A stretch of DNA of 59,575 nt from an uncultured Planctomycetia bacterium. GTDB lineage: Bacteria; Omnitrophota; Gorgyraeia; VGKN01. Of this stretch, positions 17,398-27,500 are shown in pieces. Numbering within the stretch: position 1 is the first letter of the stretch; every line of letters starts with the position of its first letter. The notes under the pieces were generated by a model. The model had not been told where the DNA came from. It saw nothing but the letters and a program-made list of their open reading frames with translations, and searched no databases. The position numbers and the translations under genes are program-made. The DNA is taken from assembly GCA_964506845.1 (NCBI GenBank), contig CAZDNS010000006.1, positions 1-59,575 on the forward strand, given 5' to 3'.

Positions 17398-17799
17398 CTA
17401 AAACGGCATATCTACTTCAGTATGAAGCGCCTTGATTTTCGCAAGTTTTTCCCTCTCTACCTTTGCAATAAAATTATAGATTCGGCTTCTGGAGGGATTA
17501 TCTATATCCAGAAACTGGATGCCGCTTTCTATCTTATCTCGCTCATTTTGAACAGAGCCTCTCTCTATAAACGGCCTCTGCCACACATCCTTGCCTTTAA
17601 CCCTTAAGGGTAAAAATCTGCTATCAAAATTAAGTTCTATGTCTAAGGTATCGCCTGTGTTAATACCCTTATCGGATATAATCCTAATGCCTCCTGAGCT
17701 CATATCCACGCACTTTACAATAAATGCGGCCCCATTCTCATCCTGGCATCTAATATTGAACGAGTATCTGAAACGCCTGTATTTTCTATGTTCTCTCAT
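17398..17799 (-). CDS. PilZ-domain protein, paralog 1
   Basis: ORF track gives 17398..17817. The internal ATG 17799 gives MREHRKYRRFRY..., the same length (133 aa) as paralog 2. It carries the RxxxR ('RKYRR') and D-x-S-x-x-G ('DMSSGG') PilZ signatures. Confidence 0.8.
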   Translation of the reverse strand: MREHRKYRRFRYSFNIRCQDENGAAFIVKCVDMSSGGIRIISDKGINTGDTLDIELNFDSRFLPLRVKGKDVWQRPFIERGSVQNERDKIESGIQFLDIDNPSRSRIYNFIAKVEREKLAKIKALHTEVDMPF

Positions 17800-17810
17800 A
17801 ATTCTATCTC

Positions 17811-17838
17811 TTGACAATGTTCATTTTTATGCTATACT
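17811..17838 (+). promoter_or_regulatory. Sigma70-type promoter of the AbrB/RelE-like cassette
   Basis: TTGACA (17811-17816), 16-nt spacer, TATACT (17833-17838). AGGGGG Shine-Dalgarno precedes ATG 17896. Confidence 0.6.
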
Positions 17839-17850
17839 TAATTTTGGAAA

Positions 17851-17865
17851 ATAAGAAATTCTTAT
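17851..17865. promoter_or_regulatory. Perfect 7+1+7 palindrome between promoter and antitoxin start (candidate operator)
   Basis: ataagaa-a-ttcttat. Confidence 0.45.
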
Positions 17866-17895
17866 ATTCTGACATTTCGTAAAGGGGGTATAAAA

Positions 17896-18165
17896 ATGGT
17901 TCTACAGATAAGACATAATTTCCAAATAACCCTGCCTGCTTCCATCCGTAAAAGGCTGGGCTTAAACATTGGAGACCTGCTGGAGACAGAAATCAAGGAT
18001 GGAAAGATTATCATTGTTCCTAAAAAGACTATAGATGCTGAGCAGGCCTGGTTTTGGACTAAGGAATGGCAAGAGCAAGAATTAGAGGCTGAGGCTGATA
18101 TTAAAGCCGGAAGAGTGAAGAAGTTTAAAAATGTAGAGGAATTAATCAGGGAATTGGATAAGTGA
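17896..18165 (+). CDS. AbrB/MazE/SpoVT-family antitoxin
   Basis: 'IRHNFQITLPASIRKRLGLNIGDLLETEIKDGKIIIVPKK' is a SpoVT-AbrB looped-hinge-helix pattern. It overlaps the downstream toxin gene by 4 nt. Confidence 0.85.
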   Translation: MVLQIRHNFQITLPASIRKRLGLNIGDLLETEIKDGKIIIVPKKTIDAEQAWFWTKEWQEQELEAEADIKAGRVKKFKNVEELIRELDK

Positions 18166-18422
18166 ATTTTATACTGACTTCGCACTTTAAAAAGGCCTAT
18201 AAGTCTCTGCCGCAAGAGGTTAAAAACCGTGTTAAAGAAACCCTGCGAACCTTCTCTACCAACCCTCGATATCCATCTCTGCATACAAAGAAAATCAAAA
18301 GCACTAAAAATATCTGGGAGATGCGCGTAAGTTCTGACTATAGAATTACCTTTCAGATGGTTAAAGATTATCTCATTCTTCGCAATGTTGGTCATCATGA
18401 GCCTACCTTAAAAAATCCGTAA
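18162..18422 (+). CDS. RelE/ParE-superfamily toxin
   Basis: 86 aa with a GTG start overlapping the antitoxin stop. 'FKKAYKSLPQEVKNRVKETLRTFSTNP..SLHTKKIKSTKNIWEMRVSSDYRITFQMVKDYLILRNVGHH' fits the RelE/YafQ-like pattern. Confidence 0.75.
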   Translation: MNFILTSHFKKAYKSLPQEVKNRVKETLRTFSTNPRYPSLHTKKIKSTKNIWEMRVSSDYRITFQMVKDYLILRNVGHHEPTLKNP

Positions 18423-18460
18423 ATTTTTCTGAACCCTGCTTCCTTAAGCAAGAACAGTCT

Positions 18461-18518
18461 TGTCCCACCTCGTAGGTGGGACAGAATACTACTTGCCATA
18501 CGCCATTTGCCATTTCCC
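18461..18518 (-). repeat. Conserved 3' block after a CTD stop codon, copy 2
   Basis: Transcript after TAG reads GGGGAAAUGGCAAAUGGCGUAUGGCAAGUAGUAUUCU, then hairpin GUCCCACCU-ACG-AGGUGGGAC (18461-18483). It lies between the convergent 6681-aa and RelE-like genes. Confidence 0.65.
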
Positions 18519-21500
18519 CTACTTAGCTCCAAGCATTGCCCTGTATGAATTCAACTGGTCTGAATAACCTTGTGGAATATTTCCTGTTGGTATTAACGCG
18601 AAGGTTGTATCGCTAAGTTTTTTAACAAGCCCTTCTATTGGCGCATTTAAAGCTATGCTACGGACAGCAGGGAAAATACCTAAATTAGCCGTGTTTTCTG
18701 GAGCTTCATTTACCTGCAGGTTAAACAGATTTTCTCTCTCCAGTCTCCACCCATCTAAATATTCCTTAGTTCCAGCTCTAACTATCTTGTTATATTCTCC
18801 TGAACCCATAAGCTCTTCTATTCCCCTCTTGGTCTTTAACTGAACTTTTCCAGAAGAAACCAAATCTTTCAAACCTGCCAATTCTAAATAGCTATCTATT
18901 TCTCCCTCTTGTATTCCCTCTTTATCAACAACAACCGTTATTCCTTCATCGCTCGCTAACAAACTATTGATAGAAAGTTGCAAGCCAAGCGCCTGCGCCA
19001 GCATATGGGGCTGTAGAACGATAAGATTCCTAAATCCTTCTTTAGGTTTTTGAAAATTGGTGGCGTAATTAAACGTTAGCCAGTTATCAGTATTAATAAT
19101 GGTTTGGGCTCTATCCATAATAGAATTATAGTAAGCTGCGAATAATAGTAACGGGCCAAGCGGCGCTGGTGTGAGTGCTGCTGGCCACGTTGATAATATT
19201 GCTTCAAACTCACTCTTCGCATTACTTAAGACATTTATCACACCTTGAGGATTAGTATTAATAAGTTGCTCTGCCTTAAAAAGTTTCTGCATATGGTTTT
19301 CAAACTCCCAGCTTATATAAATAATGTTGGCTTCTTCGTTGTAAACGAGCGGTTCCTTTTGAGTCTTTGGACCCAAGAATATGTGGGCAGAGGTAATTGT
19401 CTCTGTTTCTGGTAATAGTTTAAGAAGAAGTTTCTGAATTTCTGAATTGGCAAACCAATCAGGCATAGTATCAACCTCTAAACCTCTCTGGTATTGAGCC
19501 TGCTTTCTATCAAGGATTTTATCTCTGTCAATTAAAGATGGGTCGTTTGTTCTCATTTTGGCAATATAAGCAGCTGTATTCGGCATATCTGGTTCTTCTG
19601 TGTCTCCTTTTGCTAATTCAAAGAACATCTTCGGATGCACCTCACCAATCGCATTGCTCAATATTGCACTTATTCTGGCATCAGCAGTTGATGGATAGGA
19701 TTTAATCCTTGCCTCGGTGCCGGATGGTCTGATTATCTCCCAGGTACCGTTACTAAATTCCATATAAACTGCATCCCCTGTAAAAAGATAACGTTGTAAA
19801 TCATCTATTTGTTTTAATAAATCCTCAAGTGCCTTATCATCAGTTACAGCCTTAATCTTTGCTACCATAACCTCATCCTTTACAAGGACTTCTTTTAGAA
19901 TCGCCTTCACATCATTTAATGTGATATTGCCACTTTCTAGGGCAAATGCTAAACTCAAAAAGAAGGCAAAATTGTTATCACGCCATTCAAAACCAACATC
20001 CAACATTTCTTTCCTTCTTTCAGGCGTAGCCTGCGCAGTAGCTAAGACATCCACAAGGTCTACATCTGTCCTGAGTTCTGCTGTATTTTGCATCTGTTTT
20101 TGTTCAATAATCTTTTGGAGCATATTGCTTAAAGATATATCTTGCAAGAATTCTGCATCTTGATATAGGCCTGTTTCATTTACACCGCGCTTTAAAGCAG
20201 CCTCCCTTGCTTTATTGAACCTTTTACTTATCATAATAAACGTAAGAACGCTTGCTTCAACAGCATTCTTTTCCCTCCAGCTTAAATACCTGCGCAAACC
20301 ATCTTCTGTAGTAAGTAGTTCTGTTGAGCCAACTACCATACCGCCCGATTCTTCTCCGGCGAACAATAACCGTGGATTATAGCCAAGCCTGATAGGATTT
20401 CCAAAAATATCGTGTATAACCACCATTCTTGGCTTAAGCCCAAGTTTATGCCTTACTTCATTTATCATAAGCTGTAATTCTACTTTCCGCATAATGGAGC
20501 CTATCTCTTTAAAACCAACTGGAACTTGAACCACAGGTATATCTTCACCATTAGATAATTCAAGCCATGCACTTGAAGAAACGGTTGTTTTTATTGAAAA
20601 AAATGTGGCTGCATTGGGATCTTCAATATTCTGGCTCCATTTTCCTTCTTCTTTAAGTTGTTCTATATAGGCATCCTGAATCTGAAGGAACGTCTGATTG
20701 GGCACATAAACCGCCAAAATCTTCTCATCTGAAAGAACTAAGTATGCTATATTTAAATGTTCTAATCTCTGCTTGGTTTCTTTATCATTTTTCTCCACCT
20801 GCATTAAAACAAATCTGTCTCCATCAGGGTCTGTGGTAGGGTATACAAAACCTATTGGCTGATTCAGCATAAAAACAGGTAATTTAGACGCTGCAACAAC
20901 CTGAAGTAAACTTACATCCTCGGAAATATCGGCCATTTTTGGTCTATAATAAGCAAGCAGATTGCTATTGGCAAGTTTTCGATAGGGCACGCCCAATCTT
21001 TTGAGTAGACCTTCCTCTTCTTTTGCATATATTTTAAATTTAATATTAACTACATCGTTTTCTTTGTCCTGTCTTGGTGTTTCGCCTATATTTGAAGCAA
21101 GCTCTCTTTCGGAAATTGTTGCCACTAACACGTAGGTTAAAGGAAGGTTTCCAAAGAATTCGTCAAGCCTTGTACTGATTTTTTCAACATATCTCTTTAC
21201 GAATTCATCTGGCGGCTGTTTCTGGTTAAAATCTGTCATACCCGTATCGCCAAAGAAAGAATCGGGTATTGTGCCTGTCCAGACTATTTTACCAACAGTC
21301 TCTCTATTAAAAACCTTCTCAAATACACCTCTAAAAAACTGGTAAGCAGAGCCCCTTGCTTGGTCAAATCCAATCTTCAAGCCATTAGCCAATGCCTCTT
21401 GGACGGCTTGTATATTTGAAGAAGTAACATATGAGCCCCTTAAATATTTTGCATATTTATCGCTCACGGGTATATTGTTAGCATCAACTGGACTTTCAAT

Positions 21501-24500
21501 ATCAAAATGAATATGCTCATCACTGCTGGATGCAAACTCTATAATTAAAGGCTTACCTGTTTCAAGAATATCATCTATCTTCCTGCCGATATTATCTGCA
21601 AGGGCTACCATATCTTCTATTAAAAGCTGTGCGCCCTCACTTCTCGCTCTTCTATAAGCCTTAACATCTATACCTAATTTCTCAAGATTTGCCTCAATAA
21701 AAGGAGAAATAGGCGGCCTCAAATTCCCCATCAATTTTGAAGCATAAATATTACGGGCAGAATGACTCGCTGTATCATACATTGTAAACATTATATTTAA
21801 TACAGTTGTAATAAAAGATGTGGCTCCTATGGGCAGATAGGTTCCTCGTGATGGGCTATGCACTATTATGCCTAATTTGGCAAATCTTCTGCGCAACATC
21901 TCGCTTACCAAAGGTGTGTTATATCTAACCTCACCACCTATTATTGTTTCTGTCATGGTTGCTTCTTGTTCGGCGGCAATTTTAAGTGCCGTCTCAGCCA
22001 ACTCATTGCCCAAAAGAAGTGTTAATAAAATATTCATAGGTGAATTTAGGTCAAAAGGAGCAAGTGGGTTTTGTGAATTTCTCATTCCGGCAACAGCAAT
22101 AGGCGCCATTGCTTTGACTACATCTGCCAGTCCTTTTTTGAGATTCCATTTTTCGGCAAGTTCTTTTGTAATCTCAAGTTTAAATGGGCCGCTGTTTGGG
22201 TCTTTCAGATGCTCAATAAGCGCTGCAAGTTCAGGATATTGCGTTCGCGCCTTTTCAGCCGCTTTTTCAAAACCTTTAAGAAATTCTATTTCAAGCTTTG
22301 CGCCAAAAATAAACCTCTGCATAAGCGGTGTGATTGAATATGCAGGTTCTTCATAAGTTAAACCATCTGCAATTTTTTTCTTCTCAGTTATAAGATTAGC
22401 TACAATCTGGCGAATCATCTCTCGCCTTGCAGCTGGCTCGCTGGCAGCAATTGAAATTCTCGTAACAGTTCCTATGTCAACATCTTCACTAACTAATTCA
22501 GCTTCAGAAACCTCAACAACTTTTTTGATTCCTTCTGATATGCCTGCCTGCTTATTCGGGTTTATTCGCATAAAAACCTGCGGCTTATCCTCCTGTTCAG
22601 GTCCCACAATCCAGAGCCCGTCGCTACAAACCATAAAACTCAGTTCACTGATTTTTATATAGGGTGGAAGGCTAACAGCTATCTGTTGAGCAAGCCCGTC
22701 AAAACCATCTTTAAATGTTTTCTCTAAGTATGGCAGTAAATCAACCAAGCGAATAGCAATCTCTGCGGCTTGTGGTAATTTTTGCCAAATCCCACCCATA
22801 GTTGACGGTTGGACAACTACCTTTCCCGGCGGGTCTTCATCGCCTTTAGCCATTGCCGTTATGTAGGAAGGTAATCCCCTCAAGTCTATTTTGGTTGAAA
22901 CTAACCTTTCAAAAGGAAGTTCGGGATTTTGTAATAAACCAAAAGCTTTTTGAAAATCAGGCGACTCTGCTCCATATGCACCACTAAGAAATAGCATTTT
23001 ATCATCAATCATAGCTCGTTCTTTGGTTTCATTCCTCCTTATCGAGTCTATATCTGCTCCAGCAAATATATCTCCTTTTCTTGTCCCGCCATAAAGATGA
23101 ATAACTCCATCATTAGTAATAAGTTGTGATGCCACTCTAAGGGTCTTGGGTGTAATCGCAGTAGGAACTACAATAACCACATCAAACTTTCCGCCATCCT
23201 CACCAAGATTTTCTTCTATACCTTCTTTGTTAAATAACTTGGTGCGACCATCAAATAATCCCTGTTTTCTTAAGAAGTCAAGCCGATTACTATCTATATC
23301 TAATGCAACTATCTCCTCTGCGCCAAGATTTTTGGCTAAAAGAAGATGCATTGTCCCAACGTTACCGGCACCAATAACAGCAACCCTTTTACCTCTTAAA
23401 TCACTAACTCCCATATGAGATAAAAGTTTATCTACGCTCCTGACAACACAAGCCAAGGGTTCTGACAATACAGCCTTTTCTAATGGGATTTCTTCGGGAA
23501 CAATATTAAGCGCCTCTTTCACTCTTGCGCCCCTTACGCTAAAATACTCTGCAAAGCCTGTGGTTCTATCTGGTGTAATATTTGGATTAAAGGTTATTCT
23601 GTCACCCACTTTAAATCCTGTATCCTTTCCAGCCGCAACTATCTCACCAACTAACTCATGGCCAAATAGTGGTCCTCTATCCTCTGGAATATCCCTTGAA
23701 CTCGTTACCTCTTTTACATCCGCCCTGCAAATTCCTGCCAGAGCAACCCTTACAATAACCTCGTCTTTTGCACATTTTGAAAGGTCTATTTGTTTTTCTT
23801 GGACCGTAACCACGCCGTTTTTCAATGCACAAAATTTACAATCAACCACAGAATCAGATCTACGACCTAATGAGTCTATCATATACTTTGTCAATCCCTC
23901 ACAAGCAGGGCCGTATTTGCCAAGAATTATAGTTATTCTATCCCTAAGACCAGCCAGGAAGGGATCATCATCTAGCGGTGTTTTTTCTGGAACCAATAAA
24001 CCTCTGGCTTTATCTGCATTGTTAATTTCTTCTGAAGAGGCATTGGCAATTCCACTTAACATCGCTACCAAACTTGACGGACTATCCTCGCCAACCAAGA
24101 TTTCCAACCCATCTATTTTCCTTCCTAATAATCCTTCTATCAAACCCCTATCAATTATCGCAGTAGTCACCACCCTCTTGTTAATACCTTCGATACCTGT
24201 ATCTAAAGCACCTGTTCCTGGTAATGATAAACCTAAATTAGTTAAAGCAATTCCTTTTTCTCTTTCTGTTTTCTTATAAAGGAACTGCAAGTATTCCTTC
24301 AAAGGTATTCGCAAATCATATTTTTCGTCACTAAGACTTAACTGAGGGATATTCGCTTCAGAATTTTGTTGATTAAAGTCACGGATTCTTCTATTTAACT
24401 CCTCAACAACCTGCTGTTTTTTTTGCCCTGCCAAGCTATTCAAAGCAGCATTACGACTATCAAACTCAAAGGTTACCTGAACTGGATGCCCCTGCTGATA

Positions 24501-27500
24501 CCCCCTGCGGTCATACCGCCTATCTACTCTCACCCGAGGTATGCTAACCTCAACAACCTCAGTGCTGTCTAAACTAAAAAATTCTGCTGCCTTATCTATT
24601 GCTGCCATCCATTCCCTTTCAAAACTCGCTCTACCTTCTTCATCTATTTTTCTTTCTTCGAAGAATTCGGCCACAAAATCAATAGCTGGTCTATCTACAA
24701 GATTGCCTTGCTCATCAAACGTATAAACTTGTTTACCGCCGCAATGCGCAATAATAATCTGCCTGCGTAGATGCGCTGGTAATATATCAACAACCCTGAG
24801 TAATAAATTATTTAAATCACCACCAGAAAGAATAACCAATATTCCGCCGCGACTTAGATATTTCGTAAGCAAAACATAGTTATCAGGGGAAAGCCGATAC
24901 TTTGCTGGCATGGGTTTCTTCCCTTTAATTATCTCTTCTAATTCCTCAGCGGATAAATCAATAACCGGCCATGTAAGAAACTGGTCATTGTCAAATATCA
25001 ATACATTTGTCCCTGGCATAACATCTTCTATCTCCTCATATCTCTGCTCTGCCTCTCTAAGGGCTCCGCTTGAGAAGAAAGCTTCAACTGTATCGCCTCT
25101 ACCAAAGATACGCGCTTGGCTAATAAGTTCAGCGCTTTTGGCAAAAATATCCGAGAGTGTCCTTATTGTAGCTTGGTCCAATTTATCAACCGTGATCACA
25201 ATAGTGGGAGATTTTGCTGCTAAAGCATTGGCATTTCCCTTTGCCAAGCCATAATTCACATCAGCAACACTTAACCCTATGTGATGTGGCGTATGCACAT
25301 CATCTACTTTCAATAGAGATTCTAATGCTTTGCCCTCTGGGCGTTCATAATCACGGGCAAGGATAAGAATATCTAAAAACCGCGCGCTTTGTCCTATAAC
25401 ACCTTCAATATATGAATGTGAATCAGTCGGAAGCTCTCCTGTAAAAACAATCATTCCATTTTTTCCGGATACACTTTCCTTAAATGCTCTTGTAAGTAGC
25501 TTTAAACTGCTGTTATTAACAAGGAAATTTATATACTGACGTGCGGGATCCTCAGCATAAGCCAACGCTAAAAAGGTTGCAAGCTGTATAGCCAACAAGG
25601 TTTTTTGATCGCCCTGAGCCTCTGCCCTTTGAATGATAGGAGAAATCTGTGCTTCAAATTGTTCTCTCCTTGCTTTCACAGCAGACTCGTTATAACTTGC
25701 TTCGCCTAATGATATATTCACATCTATTCCAAGCGCTTGCGCTGCGGTATTTAAAACGCCTGTTTTAACAAAAACATCCGCCTTCGCCACCCCTGCTTTT
25801 AAGCTAACTGCATTTTTATATCGTGGAGTAAGCCTTCCAAAAATGGGCAGATTTTGAATCTTGTTCGCCATACTTATGCTTCTTAACATTTTTGCATTTT
25901 CAGCAGAATCCACGCAAAACTTAAACGCATTAATAGCCTCATCAAATAATACTGCCAGCATATCTTCATAAGAAATGCCAATTTCTTCTGCCAATAGTGA
26001 AAATTGTTTCCATAAAGAAATAGCTGCTTCATCCGGTTTAACTTCTTCATCGCCACGAAGAATATCTGTCTCATCAGGTCGTCCTTTGGCAACAGGCAAT
26101 TCGCCTACTTCTACCGTAATCCTATGTCTTTCTCTCGTTCTCTCTCCCAATTGAGCTAAAGCCACAGCGCCTTCATTCCTGACCCTTCTTACCATAGGAT
26201 TTGAATAATGGTCCTGGTTCACCATATGGCTGTAAGAGGCGATTGTATCCTCAAACAGAGTTGTCAATTCAGCGCTAGATTCTATCGTCATTTTCTCTAT
26301 CTCTATAACTATAACTGGCATTCTCTGTTTTAAAGACTCTGCCTTCTTAGATGCCTCGGCATAACCTGGGTCGCTCTTATCTAAGAGAACTATTACTATA
26401 TGGTCATCAGCCATATTCTCTGCCACTCTATCAAGTGATTTATCGCCAGGGGGATAGATACTAAGCAGTGTGGGTGAAAGTGCCTCTGGTTTATTGACAC
26501 CCTCCATAACCCACTGCCTCAATTCTTTTGCCTTGGGCATTAGGCGCTCACTGCCGATAACCATAGCTATATTCTGACGTCTTCCTAAGCGCATATTGAC
26601 GTCAATAAATCGGGCAAGCTGAAAAGCAAAGCCGTCTTTTTTTGTGAAACTAAGTTTCTGGTCAGCCGTATCGGTCACCTCTACATATCTCTGTGTAATC
26701 TTCGGGCCAAAGGCTAAATAGAAAGGCCCATATACCATTTCCGTCTTTCGGCGCATAAACCTGCCTCCTATATTGCGTTTTGGGCTAAACGGAAAAACCC
26801 TTGCGCCTGCATCAGCAAAACGTTCTCCTAATATCTTAAGCGCACCCTGGTTAGCAAATGCAATATTATGCGTAAATTTATTATGCGTAAATCCAAGAAC
26901 TTTCTCTGTCTCGGTAGTTTCACCACTACGGGACAGATAAATCCACAGACTATTGTCATCTTGAATATCGGGATGTTCTGAAAGAATCCTTTCAAGCTCA
27001 ACAGGGTTATTGACTAAAATCAATCTCGGCCTCTTTCCAAGGGTGCCTCCTTCTCTCATTTCTTCCTGCAACCTCATCATTTCATGAAGTAGGAATTCAT
27101 TTGCTCCCATACCCATAACAAAGAGCCAGTCAACATTTTCAATGCCTCTAAAATGTTCCGCAACATATTCATCTAATTGTTCTGCTACAGCAGAAAATTC
27201 CTCGTTATAATATTCTTTAACCTCTCCACGATAATTTAAATTGCCTCTTCTTTCTTCCGGCTGGCTTTCTTTATTTTGCATAATATCCTGCACTTCACTA
27301 TGAAGCCTTCTGACAACTGCAAGTTCTTCTCTATCTACTATAACCTCATCCTTGGGCAGGCTTACGCTAATAGCTACGCCGTGTTTGGAATACCCAGAGA
27401 CCTTCTCAGCATCAACTAAATCGCCTGCTTTTAAACGGGTTTGCCTTTCTGCAGGTATGGTGGGAGGAACATCGGTTGCAGCAATTTGCTCTAATTTATA

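Noticed and set aside
17862-18398. 178-aa minus-strand ORF overlapping the AbrB/RelE-like cassette, with a similar case at 45312..45827 over MNT/HEPN.
   Set aside because: The plus-strand genes have clear family motifs, promoters, SD sequences and 4-nt coupled overlaps. The antisense ORFs have none.
18522-18545. C-terminal ...LGAK tail as an encapsulin-type cargo-loading peptide.
   Set aside because: There is only a vague resemblance to short Gly/Leu-rich targeting tails. No HK97-fold shell gene is in the window, and multi-thousand-residue cargos are implausible for such shells.
18990-19020. 'QPHMIG' in the CTD as a cobalamin-binding D-x-H-x-x-G motif.
   Set aside because: The Asp is Gln in all copies, the Gly is absent in the 6681-aa copy ('QPHMLA'), and the downstream S-x-L and G-G elements are missing.
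18522-19082. CTD as an autotransporter beta-barrel or a T9SS-type C-terminal sorting domain.
   Set aside because: The overall signal peptide-passenger-CTD logic is similar. But the sequence lacks the amphipathic beta-strand periodicity and terminal aromatic residue of barrels, and it is about twice the size of T9SS CTDs. No supporting machinery genes are seen here.
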